Shown in pieces: positions 1 through 11,943 of a stretch of DNA of 64,000 nucleotides. Below the pieces are notes generated by a model. That model was not told the origin of the DNA, did no database searches, and saw only the letters and a list, made by a program, of their open reading frames with translations. Each line of letters starts with the position of its first letter. Within the stretch, counting starts at the first letter, position 1. A program made the position numbers and the translations under genes. The DNA comes from Bilabrum cf. latius (lineage: Eukaryota): contig OZ237761.1 in the NCBI GenBank assembly GCA_965178125.1, positions 248,001 to 312,000 of the forward strand, in the 5' to 3' direction.

Positions 1-1303
1 CGCAAGCAGCAAAGTAAAGGGCTCGCCACCGCAAGCTGGCATAGAGAGCACCGACTCGGAGTCAGGTTCGGGCAATGACGGTGAGGGGGGAGTAGGCTCA
101 GGCGAGGCAGTAGGTCCCACCAAAGAACAGGGTGTGGGCATTGCATAGGGTACGGGCAACGCTGGTGGCCAAGGCCAAGACAGCTCGGGCGGTGTACGAG
201 GCAGGAGACCTGGTGCTGGGGATGGCACCTGTGCCGACGTGGAGTTCGGTGGATCCGATGATGAGGATGAAAAAGCGAACAAACAGGCGTTGGATACGTG
301 CGTTAGTCTTCTCGAGTTCGAGCAAGGCGACGAGGACCCTGCAGCGAGAAAGTCTGTCGGTGCCAGAGTCCATGCAAGGAGGCAGCAGAGCATAGGCAGT
401 AGTGAGGCCATGACAGAGGGTGAGAAAGGCGCAGGAGAAGGGGGCAATGCCGCCAGTGTTGAGGCCACGGACGTTTGCCGGGAGATGCTGAAGGCCAAAA
501 AGGAGCAGGAGCTGTCGGCTCTATCTGCATAGGTAGGTGGGGCATCCAGCGGGGCGGGGGGCGACCGAAGTGGGCCTGCATGCGTAACTCCATCGTCGAT
601 TGCTTTGGAGCAAGGGGCCCACAAGAGCATGGAAGCATTTGGAGCAATTCGAATGATGAACGAGGCCGGCCTGTCCGAGGTATTCATGCCCAAGGTGGAG
701 GTAGGCGGCAAGTCCACGCTGAGGCGAGCACACCAGGAAGCACTTACAGGAGTGCGCAATCGGGCCGCTCCTTGGCTAGTGCTGTTGGACGATGGTGTGA
801 TGCAGACTGTGCTGAGCAATGTGTACAAGTTTAAGCCAGGCGACGAGGGGGAGTACGGAGACGCTTGTGGTGCGACGGAAGCCACGCCACCATTCGAGCG
901 GGTCCAGCGGGCGTACGTGCAGTTTGTGCTGAGCAAGCTCCAAGATGCTCTGCCAGAGGAATTTGACCTTGGTCGAAGGGCGGCTGTCCTAAAAGAGGTC
1001 CAGATAGCGGAGATAGCCGTCCGTATTTCGATGCTGGGCATCCAGGCTGTTCAATCATTGGAGGACTCCGTTGCGTACTTCTAGTAGGCTGGGCAAGCTA
1101 CTGATGCCAGTGCCGCTGACGCACAGGAACGCAGCCCACCAACAGGATCAAGTGCGGGTGACAGAGCTTCGAAGGTATTGACGCACGCCCAGAAATAGCG
1201 CGGATGGCACTGCTCCAAAACGATAGGATTGGCAGAAGCTAAGGCGTCCTGGTCGTCCGGGCCTCACCACTTCCGCTCGCTTGTGTTCCTAATGCCGATT
1301 TGA
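1..1303 (+). CDS. Repeat-unit gene A, copy 1 (unknown protein; 5' end outside window)
   Basis: ORF pieces 239-532 and 605-1084 share a frame and are separated only by TAG. With TAG=Q the frame is open from base 2 to TGA 1301-1303. Homologous to the minus-strand copy (base 1 corresponds to ~24656). Confidence 0.6.
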
Positions 1304-1646
1304 AGCTGCGTCTGCGCTTGCCGTCACTGCGTCGTGGTAAATTGGCTTTCTTCTAGATGTTTTAATGGAACGCCAAGAACGCGGCGGGCAGGTTCGGGAC
1401 GTCCGTTTCCAGTTGGGTGCAACCAGAGCCCCATATCCTGATGCAATAAGAACAAGCACTACAGCTCCTCCAGCAGCAGAATCATGCAAGGCAGTTCCAA
1501 TACAAGCTACAGCACAGCAACTTGAATAGCTATGCAATCAGTGACGAACATTCTAGTAGGTGTGAGGCGATGAACACGAATGGGCACAATTGCTTCCTTT
1601 TGGAGGGCCTCGTGTGTTTCGCATTGGACTGAAACGGGCAATTGGC

Positions 1647-3006
1647 ATGCGAGGTTGCCGTGATTTGCTGCTGCAAGACCTGCAATTCAAAAGAGATTGC
1701 AAGCTTGGGCGGCCGATTTGGCATCTGCGCTCGCTTGACCTGAATAGATCCTAGAGGCTGTGCGACGTACGCATCTTTGGTTGAGATAAACTAGTCGAAT
1801 ATCTGAAATGGATTGGAAGCGAACTCTTTTTTAAATCGCATTTGTCACTTCGCCGCAGGATTTGGAGAACCATTGCTACCAGGTTTTTGGAATGCCTGAA
1901 GAAAGGCAGCGACACCGAGGCAATCCAAATGTTCGAGCAACACCCGTACGTTCTAGGCAACGGCAAGTTCAGCGTTGCTGTGAAGCTCACCGGCAAGCAT
2001 GTACGATTCGTCTACGATTGAGACCAGCAGGCGTCCAGTCGCAGATTATATCCTCATGCTGCGAAATGTTCTATCGCGTACCTTTAGTCCTGCAGATAAC
2101 GTCTTACTCGGTGTCAAGTACGCCAGTGTGCTATGACCGACCAGTGGTGTTCGAGCACATGCGACAACATGCCAGCCGACCGTTCGAGGTGAGCAGCTAT
2201 GGAGTGTATGCTAGCAGGAGCGTTTGGCTACTCCCGCGCAATGGAGTCTGCAGCACAGTCGCGCTCATTGGCTTTTTTACCCACATTCGCAGTACCTGAT
2301 GCCTCAACTGTACCACAGCTGCAGGGAAGGTGCACTAGGCTGCCTCGAGCTTTTGCTCCGGCTGGGTGCGATGGAGCAGGAATGGGAGCCCCTCCCTAGC
2401 GATGACATGAAATGGTATCGCATTTACCATAATATCATAAGCACGGCTGCCGATTACTGCTTGCGCAACAGGCAGCCCGGGGCCTTTGCCCTGCTGCTCC
2501 GATTCGGGGGTCCGCTGCACCGCAAGGGCACTGCGACGGAGAGTGGGTGCTCCTGGATCCACGTGGCGTGGCTGTGGGTGCGAATGTACCATAAGAAAGA
2601 CACATCAAGTCCCCTATGGAAGGCCATGGAAGCGTGTGGGGACGGCTACAGTTCCCGCATGCCGAGCCGCATGAGCGCCCGAGAGGTGCTGGGCAAGCTG
2701 TTCGAGCACGTGCCGCTGGATATGCTGAAAGGTGCAGAGTGGGCAGATCCGCGTCGGGGGGACCAGCTTGTGCGGTGGAGACATGCGGGGGAGGCGTGGC
2801 GGGACCGGGGCCTAGTGTTTCGGGCGGCGAAGGAGGGCCGTCCCATGGAGCTGTCGAAGCGATTGCGACTGGGCCGGCTGGCCGGGGGTGCATGGGTGCG
2901 TGGCGATGTGGATGGTGTGTAGATGGACGCGTTGGAAGCAGCGCGTGCTGGGGGGCATGCAGGGTGCGTGTCAGTGCTGGAGCAGGTAAGGCAAGAGATG
3001 GAGTGA
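1647..3006 (+). CDS. Repeat-unit gene B, copy 1: spliced protein with ankyrin-repeat-like motifs
   Basis: Start MRGCRDLLLQ aligns with MNTCRDVLMQ in the divergent copy. Introns ~2001-2094 (GTACGA..CTGCAG) and ~2188-2291 (GTGAGC..TCGCAG) sit at the same positions in the divergent copy; one more intron upstream is unresolved. Ankyrin-like segments LYHSCREGALGCLELLLRLGA and DALEAARAGGHAGCVSVLE. TGA at 3004-3006. Confidence 0.55.
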
Positions 3007-3034
3007 GGCAGCACTCTGCCAAGCCTCGCGATGT

Positions 3035-3128
3035 TGGAGGTCACCCGAGAGATACCAGTGGCAGTGAGCGTGGATATTGAATGGAGGTCACCCGAGAGAT
3101 ACCAGTGTCAGTGAGCGTGGATATCGAA
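3035..3128 (+). repeat. 47-bp minisatellite, 2 copies (TGGAGGTCACCCGAGAGATACCAGTGGCAGTGAGCGTGGATATYGAA)
   Basis: Direct copies at 3035 and 3082, no spacers. Confidence 0.95.
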
Positions 3129-4272
3129 TGGCGCGTCCTTGCAGTGCGGGCAGCTCGGGCGGTGTAGGAGGCACGGGACCTGGTGCTGGGGATGGCAACT
3201 GTGCCGACGTGGAGTTCGGTGGATCCGATGATGAGGATGAAAAAGCGGACAAACAGGCGTTGGATACGTGCGTTAGTCTTCTCGAGTTCGAGCAAGGCGA
3301 CGAGGACCCTGCAGCGAGAAAGTCTGTCGGTGCCAGAGTCCATGCAAGGAGGCAGCAGAGCAAAGGCAGTTGCGAGGCCATGACAGAGGGTGGGAAAGGG
3401 GCAGGAGAAGGGGGCTATGCCGCCAGTGTTGAGGCCAAGGACGTTTGCCGGGAGATGTTGAAGGCCAAGAGGGGGCAGGAGCTGTCGGCTCTATCTGCAT
3501 AGGTAGGTGAGGCATCCAGCGGGGCGGGGGGCGACCGAAGTGGGCCTGCATGCGTAACTCCATCGTCGATTGCTTTGGAGCAAGGGGCCCACAAGAGCAT
3601 GGAAGCATTTGGAGCAATTCGAATGATGAACGAGGCCGGCCTGTCCGAGGTATTCATGCCCAAGGTGGAGGTGGGCGGCAAGTCCACGCTGAAGGAAGCA
3701 CACCAGGATGCACTTACGGGAGTGCGCAATCGGGCCGCTCCTTGGCTAGTGCTGTTGGACGATGGTGTGATGCAGACTGTGCTGAGCAACGTGTACAAGT
3801 TTAAGCCAGGCGACGAGGGGGAGTACGGAGACGCATGTGGAGCGACGGAAGCCACGCCAGCATTCGAGCGGGTCCAGCGGGCGACGTGCAGTTTGTGCTG
3901 GAAAAGCTCCAAGATGCTCTGCCAGAGGAATTTGACCTTGGTCGAAGGGCGGCTGCCCTAGACGAGGTCCAGATAGCGGAGATAGCCGTCCGTATTTCGA
4001 TGCTGGGCATCCAGGCTGTTCAATCATTGGAGGACTCCGTTGCGTACTTCTAGTAGGCTGGGCAAGCTACTGATGCCAGTGCCGCTGACGCACAGGAACG
4101 CAGCCCACCAACAGGATCAAGTGCGGGTGACAGAGCTTCGAAGGTATTGACGCACGCCCAGAAATAGCGCGGATGGCACTGCTCCAAAACGATAGGATTG
4201 GCAGAAGCTAAGGCGTCCTGGTCGTCCGGGCCTCACCACTTCCGCTCGCTTGTGTTCCTAATGCCGATTTGA
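3129..4272 (+). pseudogene. Gene A copy 2, 5'-truncated and frameshifted
   Basis: Homology to copy 1 starts just after the minisatellite. 1-nt deletion at ~3884 (GCGACGTG vs GCGTACGTG) shifts the frame; could be a sequencing error. Confidence 0.6.
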
Positions 4273-4637
4273 AGCTGCGTCTGCGCTTGCCGTCACTGCG
4301 TCGTGGTAAATTGGCTTTCTTCTAGATGTTTTAATGGAACGTCAAGAACGCGGCGGGCAGGTTCGGGACGTCCGTTTCCAGTTGGGTGCAACCAAAGCCC
4401 AATATCCTGATGCAATAAGAACAAGCACTACAGCTCCTCCAGCAGCAGAATCATGCAAGGCAGTTCCAATACAAGCTACAGCACAGCAACTTGAATAGCT
4501 ATGCAATCATTTTTTGATAATCAGTGACGAACATCCTAGTAGCCTGAGGTGTGTGAGGCGATGAACACGAATGGGCACAATTGCTTCCTTTTGGAGGGCC
4601 TCGTGTGTTTCGCATTGGACTGAAACAGGCAATTGGC

Positions 4638-5997
4638 ATGCGCGGTTGCCGTGATTTGCTGCTGCAAGACCTGCAATTCAAAAGAGACTGCAAGCTCGGG
4701 CGGCCGATTTGGCATCTGCGCTCGCTTGACCTGAATAGATCCTAGAGGCTGTGCGACGTACGCATCTTTGGTTGAGATAAACTAGTCGAATATCTGAAAT
4801 GGATTGGAAGCGAACTCTTTTTTAAATCGCATTTGTCACTTCGCCGCAGGATTTGGAGAACCATTGCTACCAGGTTTTTGGAATGCCTGAAGAAAGGCAG
4901 CGACACCGAGGCAATCCAAATGTTCGAGCAACACCCGTACGTTCTAGGCAACGGCAAGTTCAGCGTTGCTGTGAAGCTCACCGGCAAGCATGTACGATTC
5001 GTCTACGATTGAGACCAGCAGGCGTCCAGTCGCAGATTATATCCTCATGCTGCGAAATGTTCTATCGCGCACCTTTAGTCCTGCAGATAACGTCTTACTC
5101 GGTGTCAAGTACGCCAGTGTGCTATGACCGACCAGTGGTGTTCGAGCACATGCGACAACATGCCAGCCGACCGTTCGAGGTGAGCAGCTATGGAGTGTAT
5201 GCTAGCAGGAGCGTTTGGCTACTCCTGCGCAATGGAGTCTGCAGCACAGTCGCGCTCATTGGCTTTTTTACCCACATTCGCAGTACCTGATGCCTCAACT
5301 GTACCACAGCTGCAGGGAAGGTGCGCTAGGCTGCCTCGAGCTTTTGCTCCGGCTGGGTGCGATGGAGCAGGAATGGGAGCCCCTCCCTAGCGATGACATG
5401 AAATGGTATCGCATTTACCATAATATCATAAGCACGGCTGCCGATTACTGCTTGCGCAACAGGCAGCCCGGGGCCTTTGCCCTGCTGCTCCGATTCGGGG
5501 GTCCGCTCCACCGCAAGGGCACTGCGACGGAGAGCGGGTGCTCCTGGATCCACGTGGCGTGGCTGTGGGTGCGAATGTACCATAAGAAAGACACATCAAG
5601 TCCCCTATGGAAGGCCATGGAAGCGTGCGGGGACGGCTACAGGAGCCGCATGCCGAGCCGCATGAGCGCCCGAGAGGTGCTGGGCAAGCTGTTCGAGCAC
5701 GTGCCGCTGGATATGCTGAAAGGTGCAGAGTGGGCAGATCCGCGGCGGGGGGATCAGCTTGTGCGGTGGCGACATGCGGGGGAGGCGTGGCGGGACCGGG
5801 GCCTAGTGTTTCGGGCGGCGAAGGAGGGCCGTCCCATGGAGCTGTCGAAGCGATTGCGACTGGGCCGGCTGGCTGGGGGTGCATGGGTGCGTGGCGATGT
5901 GGATGGTGTGTAGATGGACGCGTTGGAAGCAGCGCGTGCTGGGGGGCATGCAGGGTGCGTGTCAGTGCTGGAGCAGGTAAGGCAAGAGATGGAGTGA
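4638..5997 (+). CDS. Gene B copy 2 (ankyrin-like)
   Basis: Near-identical to 1647-3006 at an offset of 2991 nt. Confidence 0.55.
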
Positions 5998-6025
5998 GGC
6001 AGGACTCTGCCAAGCCCCGCGATGA

Positions 6026-6345
6026 TAGTGGTCACCTCAGAGATACCAGTGGCAGCGAGCGTGGATATCGAATGGAGGTCACCCGAGAGATACCAGTGGC
6101 AGTGAGCGTGGATATCGAATGGAGGTCACCCGAGAGATACCAGTGGCAGTGAGCGTGGGTATTGAATGGAGGTCACCCGAGAGATACCAGTGGCAGTGAG
6201 CGTGGATATCGAATGGAGGTCACCCGAGAGATACCAGTGGCAGTGAGCGTGGATATCGAATGGAGGTCACCCGAGAGATACCAGTGGCAGTGAGCGTGGG
6301 TATTGAATGGAGGTCACCCGAGAGATACCAGTGGCAGTGAGCGTG
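6026..6345 (+). repeat. 47-bp minisatellite, ~6.8 copies
   Basis: Copies start at 6026, 6073, 6120, 6167, 6214, 6261, 6308. Confidence 0.95.
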
Positions 6346-6375
6346 ATTCGCCATGCTTTCTCGGGTTCTCGGGTT

Positions 6376-6514
6376 CATGGCCCCACCCAGCTCGAGTCGA
6401 GGCCCTCACTCATGGCCCCACCCAGCTTGAGTCGAGGCCCTCACTCATGGCCCCACCCAGCTTGAGTCGAGGCCCTCACTCATGGCCCCACCCAGCTTGA
6501 GTCGAGGCCCTCAC
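6376..6514. repeat. 35-bp tandem repeat, ~4 copies (CATGGCCCCACCCAGCTTGAGTCGAGGCCCTCACT)
   Basis: Copies at 6376, 6411, 6446, 6481. Confidence 0.95.
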
Positions 6515-9337
6515 ACACACACGTACCCCTACTATCCCTGCTGGGCCCTGCGTGAACCTCAGGTCAGGCGTGATGTCTTGCACCCGAAGCACGTACTACC
6601 CGGGGGCAGTGCTCCCCGGAATCCAGATCTGCATGGCAGTGGAGGCCCCATCCTGCCCCGCGAGCCACCGCACTGACTCGACCGCATCGCTGGGCACAGC
6701 CTCGGCACCCGCGCTCGCGATCATCTCCAGCTCCGAGTCCTCCAGCCTCTGCGACAAGTTGCTCCCCAGCAGCTCTCTCTACTGTTCCAGAGCTTCTTCT
6801 CGCGCCGCTTTCGCCTCATCCGACTCATCGCTGGCAGTGGCGCCCTGTCCTGCTCGTTCTGCAGCCTAGGCAGTCGGGCTGGATTCCATGGCAGGCTCAG
6901 ATTCGCCAGCATCGCCTGCTGCGCGACTGGGAGCCGTCTAAGCGACGGCAGCGACACCAGCTTTGGCTTCTTGGTCGTTTGCATCCCCTGCGGCAGCTTG
7001 CTGCGAACCATCCCCTGCATCGGTGCCTCGCCGACGCGCAGATCCCTCACCAGCCAGAAGCATCGAGTCACCCGGCTCATGAGTCATCCCCTCGTTCCAC
7101 GCGCGGCTCTCTGGAACAACGGGGACGCAGGCTATGGGAACGCGCATGGACCGCAACGGGTCCGATTCGGCAGCGATGCTGCCGTCAGCATGCTGAGTTG
7201 CGCTGCAAGCAGCAAGCGCCTGGCCTGTGAAGAGAGGGCCCGCCGGCGCGATACCAGTAGCAGCTGCACTCGTCTCCACCTGTGATTCATTAGCCGACAT
7301 GCCAGACGCTTCTGTTGTTCCCTCAGAGCCAGTGCCTCTGTCATCAGGGGCGTCCACGCACACGAGGTCGATCGCCAGCAGTCGGCCAGACTCGAAGCGG
7401 CAGCCGCGCGCATGGGGTGGCACGGCAAGCACTGCCGGATCCACCGGTGGATCGATGGGCGGATGCTCCTCTTCGGCGCTTGCCCCCTTCTTTCCCCCCT
7501 TCTTGCCTTTCCCCTTGTCTTTCCCCTTGCCCTTGCTACCCTTCTTCCCGCCAGCCGCGGCCTCTGCCTCCTCGTGTGCCCTGGCCTTCGCGGCTGCTTC
7601 CGCCGCGGCTTTGGCCACCTCCTCCCGTCGCCGCATCTCTAGTTCCCTTGCCCTGATCACGTCCTCCTGGCTCCATCCGAGGGCGAGGATCTCCACTATG
7701 GGAAGGGGGCGCCCTGCCCTGGCGCTGATCACCGGCTCGCCCGCTTCGATACCGTGCCGCGCCAGGCTTGCTCGCAGTGCAACTGCCTCTGGATCCGGCT
7801 CCGAGTCGTCAGCAGCGCCCGCTAGGGCAGCTGCTGTGCTCTAGGACGGTGACACTACTCCCGTGGATCTCGCAGCACTGGGCGCCGTTCTGGCAGCTGC
7901 AGACACAGGCAGACCGGCAGTAGAGGTGGGACCTGATCCCAGGATTGCGGCACCGACCCCCAGAGCCGCTAGGGCGGGGTGCAGCGGAACACTCCCGAGA
8001 CCAGGCGTACTATAATCACTCGTCACATCTCCCAACGGTGCACTCGTCACACTATCCCCTGCCTAGGCCTGCGCCTGCTGCTGGGAGGCAAGCCATCGCC
8101 CGTGAGCCCCGGCTGGTGCTTGCAGCAGGGGAATCCCCCATCCATCAGGACCTTGGACTGGCCCTGCTGGCTCTTCGCCCTTCTTGCCCTTGCCCTTGCT
8201 CTTGGGCTTGGGCTTGGGCTTGCTGCCCTTTGCTTTTCCTTTCCCCTTGTCCTTGTCCTTGCCCTTGTCCTTGGCACCCTTCTTGCCGCCCTTGCTGCTG
8301 CCAGCACCGTCCTCCTCATCGTCGTGGTCCGGAGCAGGGAGGATAGCGGCAGGGGGGAGCCAGGGGGCCAGGCGGAGGCACAGCTGCCTGGCAGAGTGCA
8401 GCGCACTGCCGTGCTCGAAGGGCCCGCAGTACCGGTACCCGAGGCACTTGCTTGCACTATCCGTGGCACCAGGGTCGGAGTCCGATGTAATCCGCGGAGT
8501 GATCGTCCTAACCACCGGTAAGGCAGCTTGCGTACCATTGTCAGCGCGATCAGCTGCTTCATCAACAGAGCGAGCAGCATCGGCTGACGGTTCCACATCC
8601 GCCCATCCCGCACCACCGGCTGCATCACCACTAGCTCCAACTGCACTTTTCGTAGAAATCGTGCTGCAATCGAGCGCCCGGTGAATTACTGCGCGCTCGT
8701 CCGCGGCAGGCAGCTCGAGGATGCCACGCTCGCACTGCGCCCGGTCCTGCCGGAAGTCGGCTCGCAGGCATCCCGGCATTCGTGCACCTATTTCGTGCAG
8801 TGGTGCCAGCGACATGTTTACTGGTCCATTCAATTTGCCGTGCTCCCAGTTGCCTTTCGTAACACTACCGTCTGGCTGAGACAGTTCGCCAGCGCCGTGC
8901 CTGCGCCCCTTGCTGAAGCTGCCAATGAACTTGCTGCCGTCGGCGCCAAACTCTTCGCCAGATCCATCCATTCGATTGTCTGCAAACTAGCCCGAGTACT
9001 TTCTTCCTGAAGGAAAGCGAAGTTCCCCGCGGCCGTGCATCTCGCCAAACTAGAACTCCCCTTCGTACGTTCGCCCATCGCCCCATTGTCGTCGTCCAAT
9101 CCCATGCAACTCCCCTGACTCGTCAAATGTCCCTTCAATGAATCCGTCGGACCCGCTACGCCCGAATTCTATCCGCCCTTCCCCGCAGCGAATGCCGCCC
9201 TGAACCTCGCCCTCGAACCTCGCAAACGGTCCACCATCTGCGCCACCAAATTCGCAAGCGCACCATCCACTCTACACACCTCGTCGATCCGTGTTGCCTA
9301 AAAAACCGTTTCGCTTGGTAGAGGCTTCGAATGCCAT
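6476..9337 (-). CDS. MORN1: MORN repeat-containing protein, MORN1-like (~953 aa with TAG=Q)
   Basis: Single frame from ATG 9337 to TGA 6476 with 9 TAGs and no TAA/TGA. MORN repeats: FEGEVQGGIRCGEG, YEGEF*FGEMHGRG, YSG*FADNRMDGSG, FIGSFSKGRRHGAG. C-terminal PG*YVLRVQDIT resembles the MORN1 tail. Confidence 0.8.
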
Positions 9338-9456
9338 CCTTTCTGACTAGCGATGAAAAGGATTCTGCTTCCCGAACGGACACAAGTTGCAATTCCGGGT
9401 CCACTCCTGCCGAGCCGCAATCTCTCTATCGATGGCCATTTTTTGCTCACCACATC

Positions 9457-11900
9457 ATGTCATAGGCACCCAGACGAGTAGTTCTAGTTGTTACAGCCTC
9501 CACGCAGCGATAGGCCGCAGCAGTGGAGCAAGAGCTGCTTGAACGGCAAAGGCTTGGTGTGCTGCGAGCCGATGCATTCTATGTCATCCCGGATCCTAGC
9601 TCGGCTCGTGTAGGGTCTGGAGGAGCCACATTCAATGCTTTACTGACTGCCCATGAGCTGGCCGCTGCCGAGTGAGTCTATACGGAGCGTGTACTTTTGA
9701 TGATGCGTTGCTATACGACTCCTCCAGATGCGCTACCATCGTTACCACTTGCAAGACCCACGCAGCCCATCCCTGCCCCCTCTGGAAGACACGCTGGTCT
9801 TTATGATACACAGCGGGGGCGATTCGCAGCGCCTGCCAGCTTAGAGTGTGTGCGGGAAAGCTTGGTCCGCGCTGCCATCGCTGGAAGCGAGCACGCTCGA
9901 ACTCATGGCTCCCATCGACCTCCTCCTCGAAGCCCTGCTGGACATGTTCGCCTCCGTTTCTACGGGTCTAGTAGCCGCGAGCTCGGACGTTCTCTTGTAT
10001 GCGCCGCCAGACACGCACTTCGCGTGGCCTCAGACCGGCGTGACGGGGCTAGCCGTGCCAGCCGACGCCAAGTTCGGTCCCAACCACGGCGTGTACCTGG
10101 TGCAGCCAGAAGACAGGCCCGTGTCTCCCTCAGGATCGCTGCATTCCGCCTCGTCCATGGGAGATCTGGCGGAGCTCGGGCCTGCGGGGGCAGCTGTCGG
10201 CGCGGGGGCCGAGTCTGCTGCGGGAGTTACCCTGCCTTCGCTGGGCCTGCAGCGCGCGACCAGCGACGGCGATGGTGCACCGCACGCGATTGCAGGCGGC
10301 GACGATGGAACCGGCGGCGGCGCCACGCAGAATTCGTCCCCGTTCGTCCCCGTGGACGGTTTCTTTCAGAAGTGGAGCATTCCCGATCTGAAGGCAGCGG
10401 GTGCCATCAGGCCCGACGGTTAGGTGCTGGTGGACACGGGCGTGGTGTACTTCAGCCGACCAGCCGCCCTGAAATTGCTCTCGCTCTCACGGAGCGATCC
10501 TATCAGCGCGTGCACGTACCTGGCCCTGGACATGCAGGCCAGGCCGCTCAGGATCGAGCTGTACTCTGACGTCATGCAGGCAATGGGGGGCGGGCTGGGC
10601 GCGTCCGAGGAGGAATATCTCAACATTGCAACTGCCGATGCGAACCTCGAGCGGGTGAAGGAAGCGAGGAACGTTCTTTGGAGCCAGCTGCGCGGCCTCA
10701 ATTTCTACGCCGTGGTGGTGGAGGGCGGCAAGTTCACCCACGTGGGTACCACCAAGGAGTACCTGCAGACCCTAACCACGGCCTCGTTGTTCGCGGACCA
10801 CTACGGCCTAAAGCGAAGGGCGGCGTGCTCAGAGGCTGGAATGCCCGTGCAATCCGAAGTTGCGACCGGCCTTGCGGTGGACTCGTCGGGAGCATGCCCC
10901 GGGTAGAGCGACAGCGGTGGGAAGAAGGGGAGCGGATCGGGCGCGGCTGTCGTGGCGGCTGCTGCGGCCGAGGAGGGTGTGACGAGTGTTTCGGTGGAAG
11001 CGTCATGCGTGGTGAATTCTGTGCTGTTCCCCGGGGGCGAGCTGGGGGCGGGCAGCGTGATCGAGCATTCTAGGCTGGGAGGGTCCTGGTCCGTGGGCAG
11101 CGGATCGCTGGTGTCCGCGGTGCGCAGCGTGCACGGCATTGCGGTGCCTGACGGGTTCACGGTGCAGGAGGTGACCATGCGACCTGGAACGCCAGCGCAC
11201 ACCGCCGCGATGGCCTCCAAAGGTCCCGAGGGGGCAGGCACCTGCCGAGCCCGGGTGGTGAGCGTGCTGGGCGTGACGGACACGATCAAGAAAACTAGCG
11301 AGGCGGCGGGGGCGCAGGTGTGCGGAGTCCCGTGGGGCAGTTTCTTCGCGGCGTGCGGAATTGGTGCCGACGGGAAAAACTCCGACGGCTCTGACGTCAC
11401 CGACGGCGCCATGGCGATCTGGCCCTTGGACGTGGATCCCAAGCACCGCACCATCTGGACGGCCCGGCTGTTCCCTGTCGTAGCTGTGACGAGTGAGGTT
11501 CGTGAAGGTTCCTCTGCTCTTGCGACCAAGGAGGACGACGACATGTGCATGTGGATGACCAGACTGCCGAGTCTGGAAGGGGCGCCGGCAGGCGACGTCG
11601 CGTCCATGCGGGAATCGGCCGCCGTGCGCGCCTGGCGCTCGTCACACCGACTCAGTCTCAAGGACCTGCTGCAGCAGGCAGAGGCGGGCGCTGAGTTCCG
11701 CTGGCGCCGCGCAATCCGGGAGATGGTCGACGTGGAGGTTGTGACGTCAGCGGTGCGGACAAAGAGTGACGTCACCATGACCCGCCTGCTCAGGCGACTC
11801 GCCGCAACAGCTGCGAGCAGTGGGCAGGCATCGGCGGCCGGGACCGGAGCCGCCGCGAGCTCCGGCGTGGGTGTGACGAGCGCGGCCGGAGTCGGCTCCG

Positions 11901-11943
<43 letters not shown>

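Noticed and set aside
6026-6345. 47-bp repeat arrays as CRISPR
   Set aside because: Repeats are contiguous with no unique spacers, there are no cas genes, and the context is eukaryotic.
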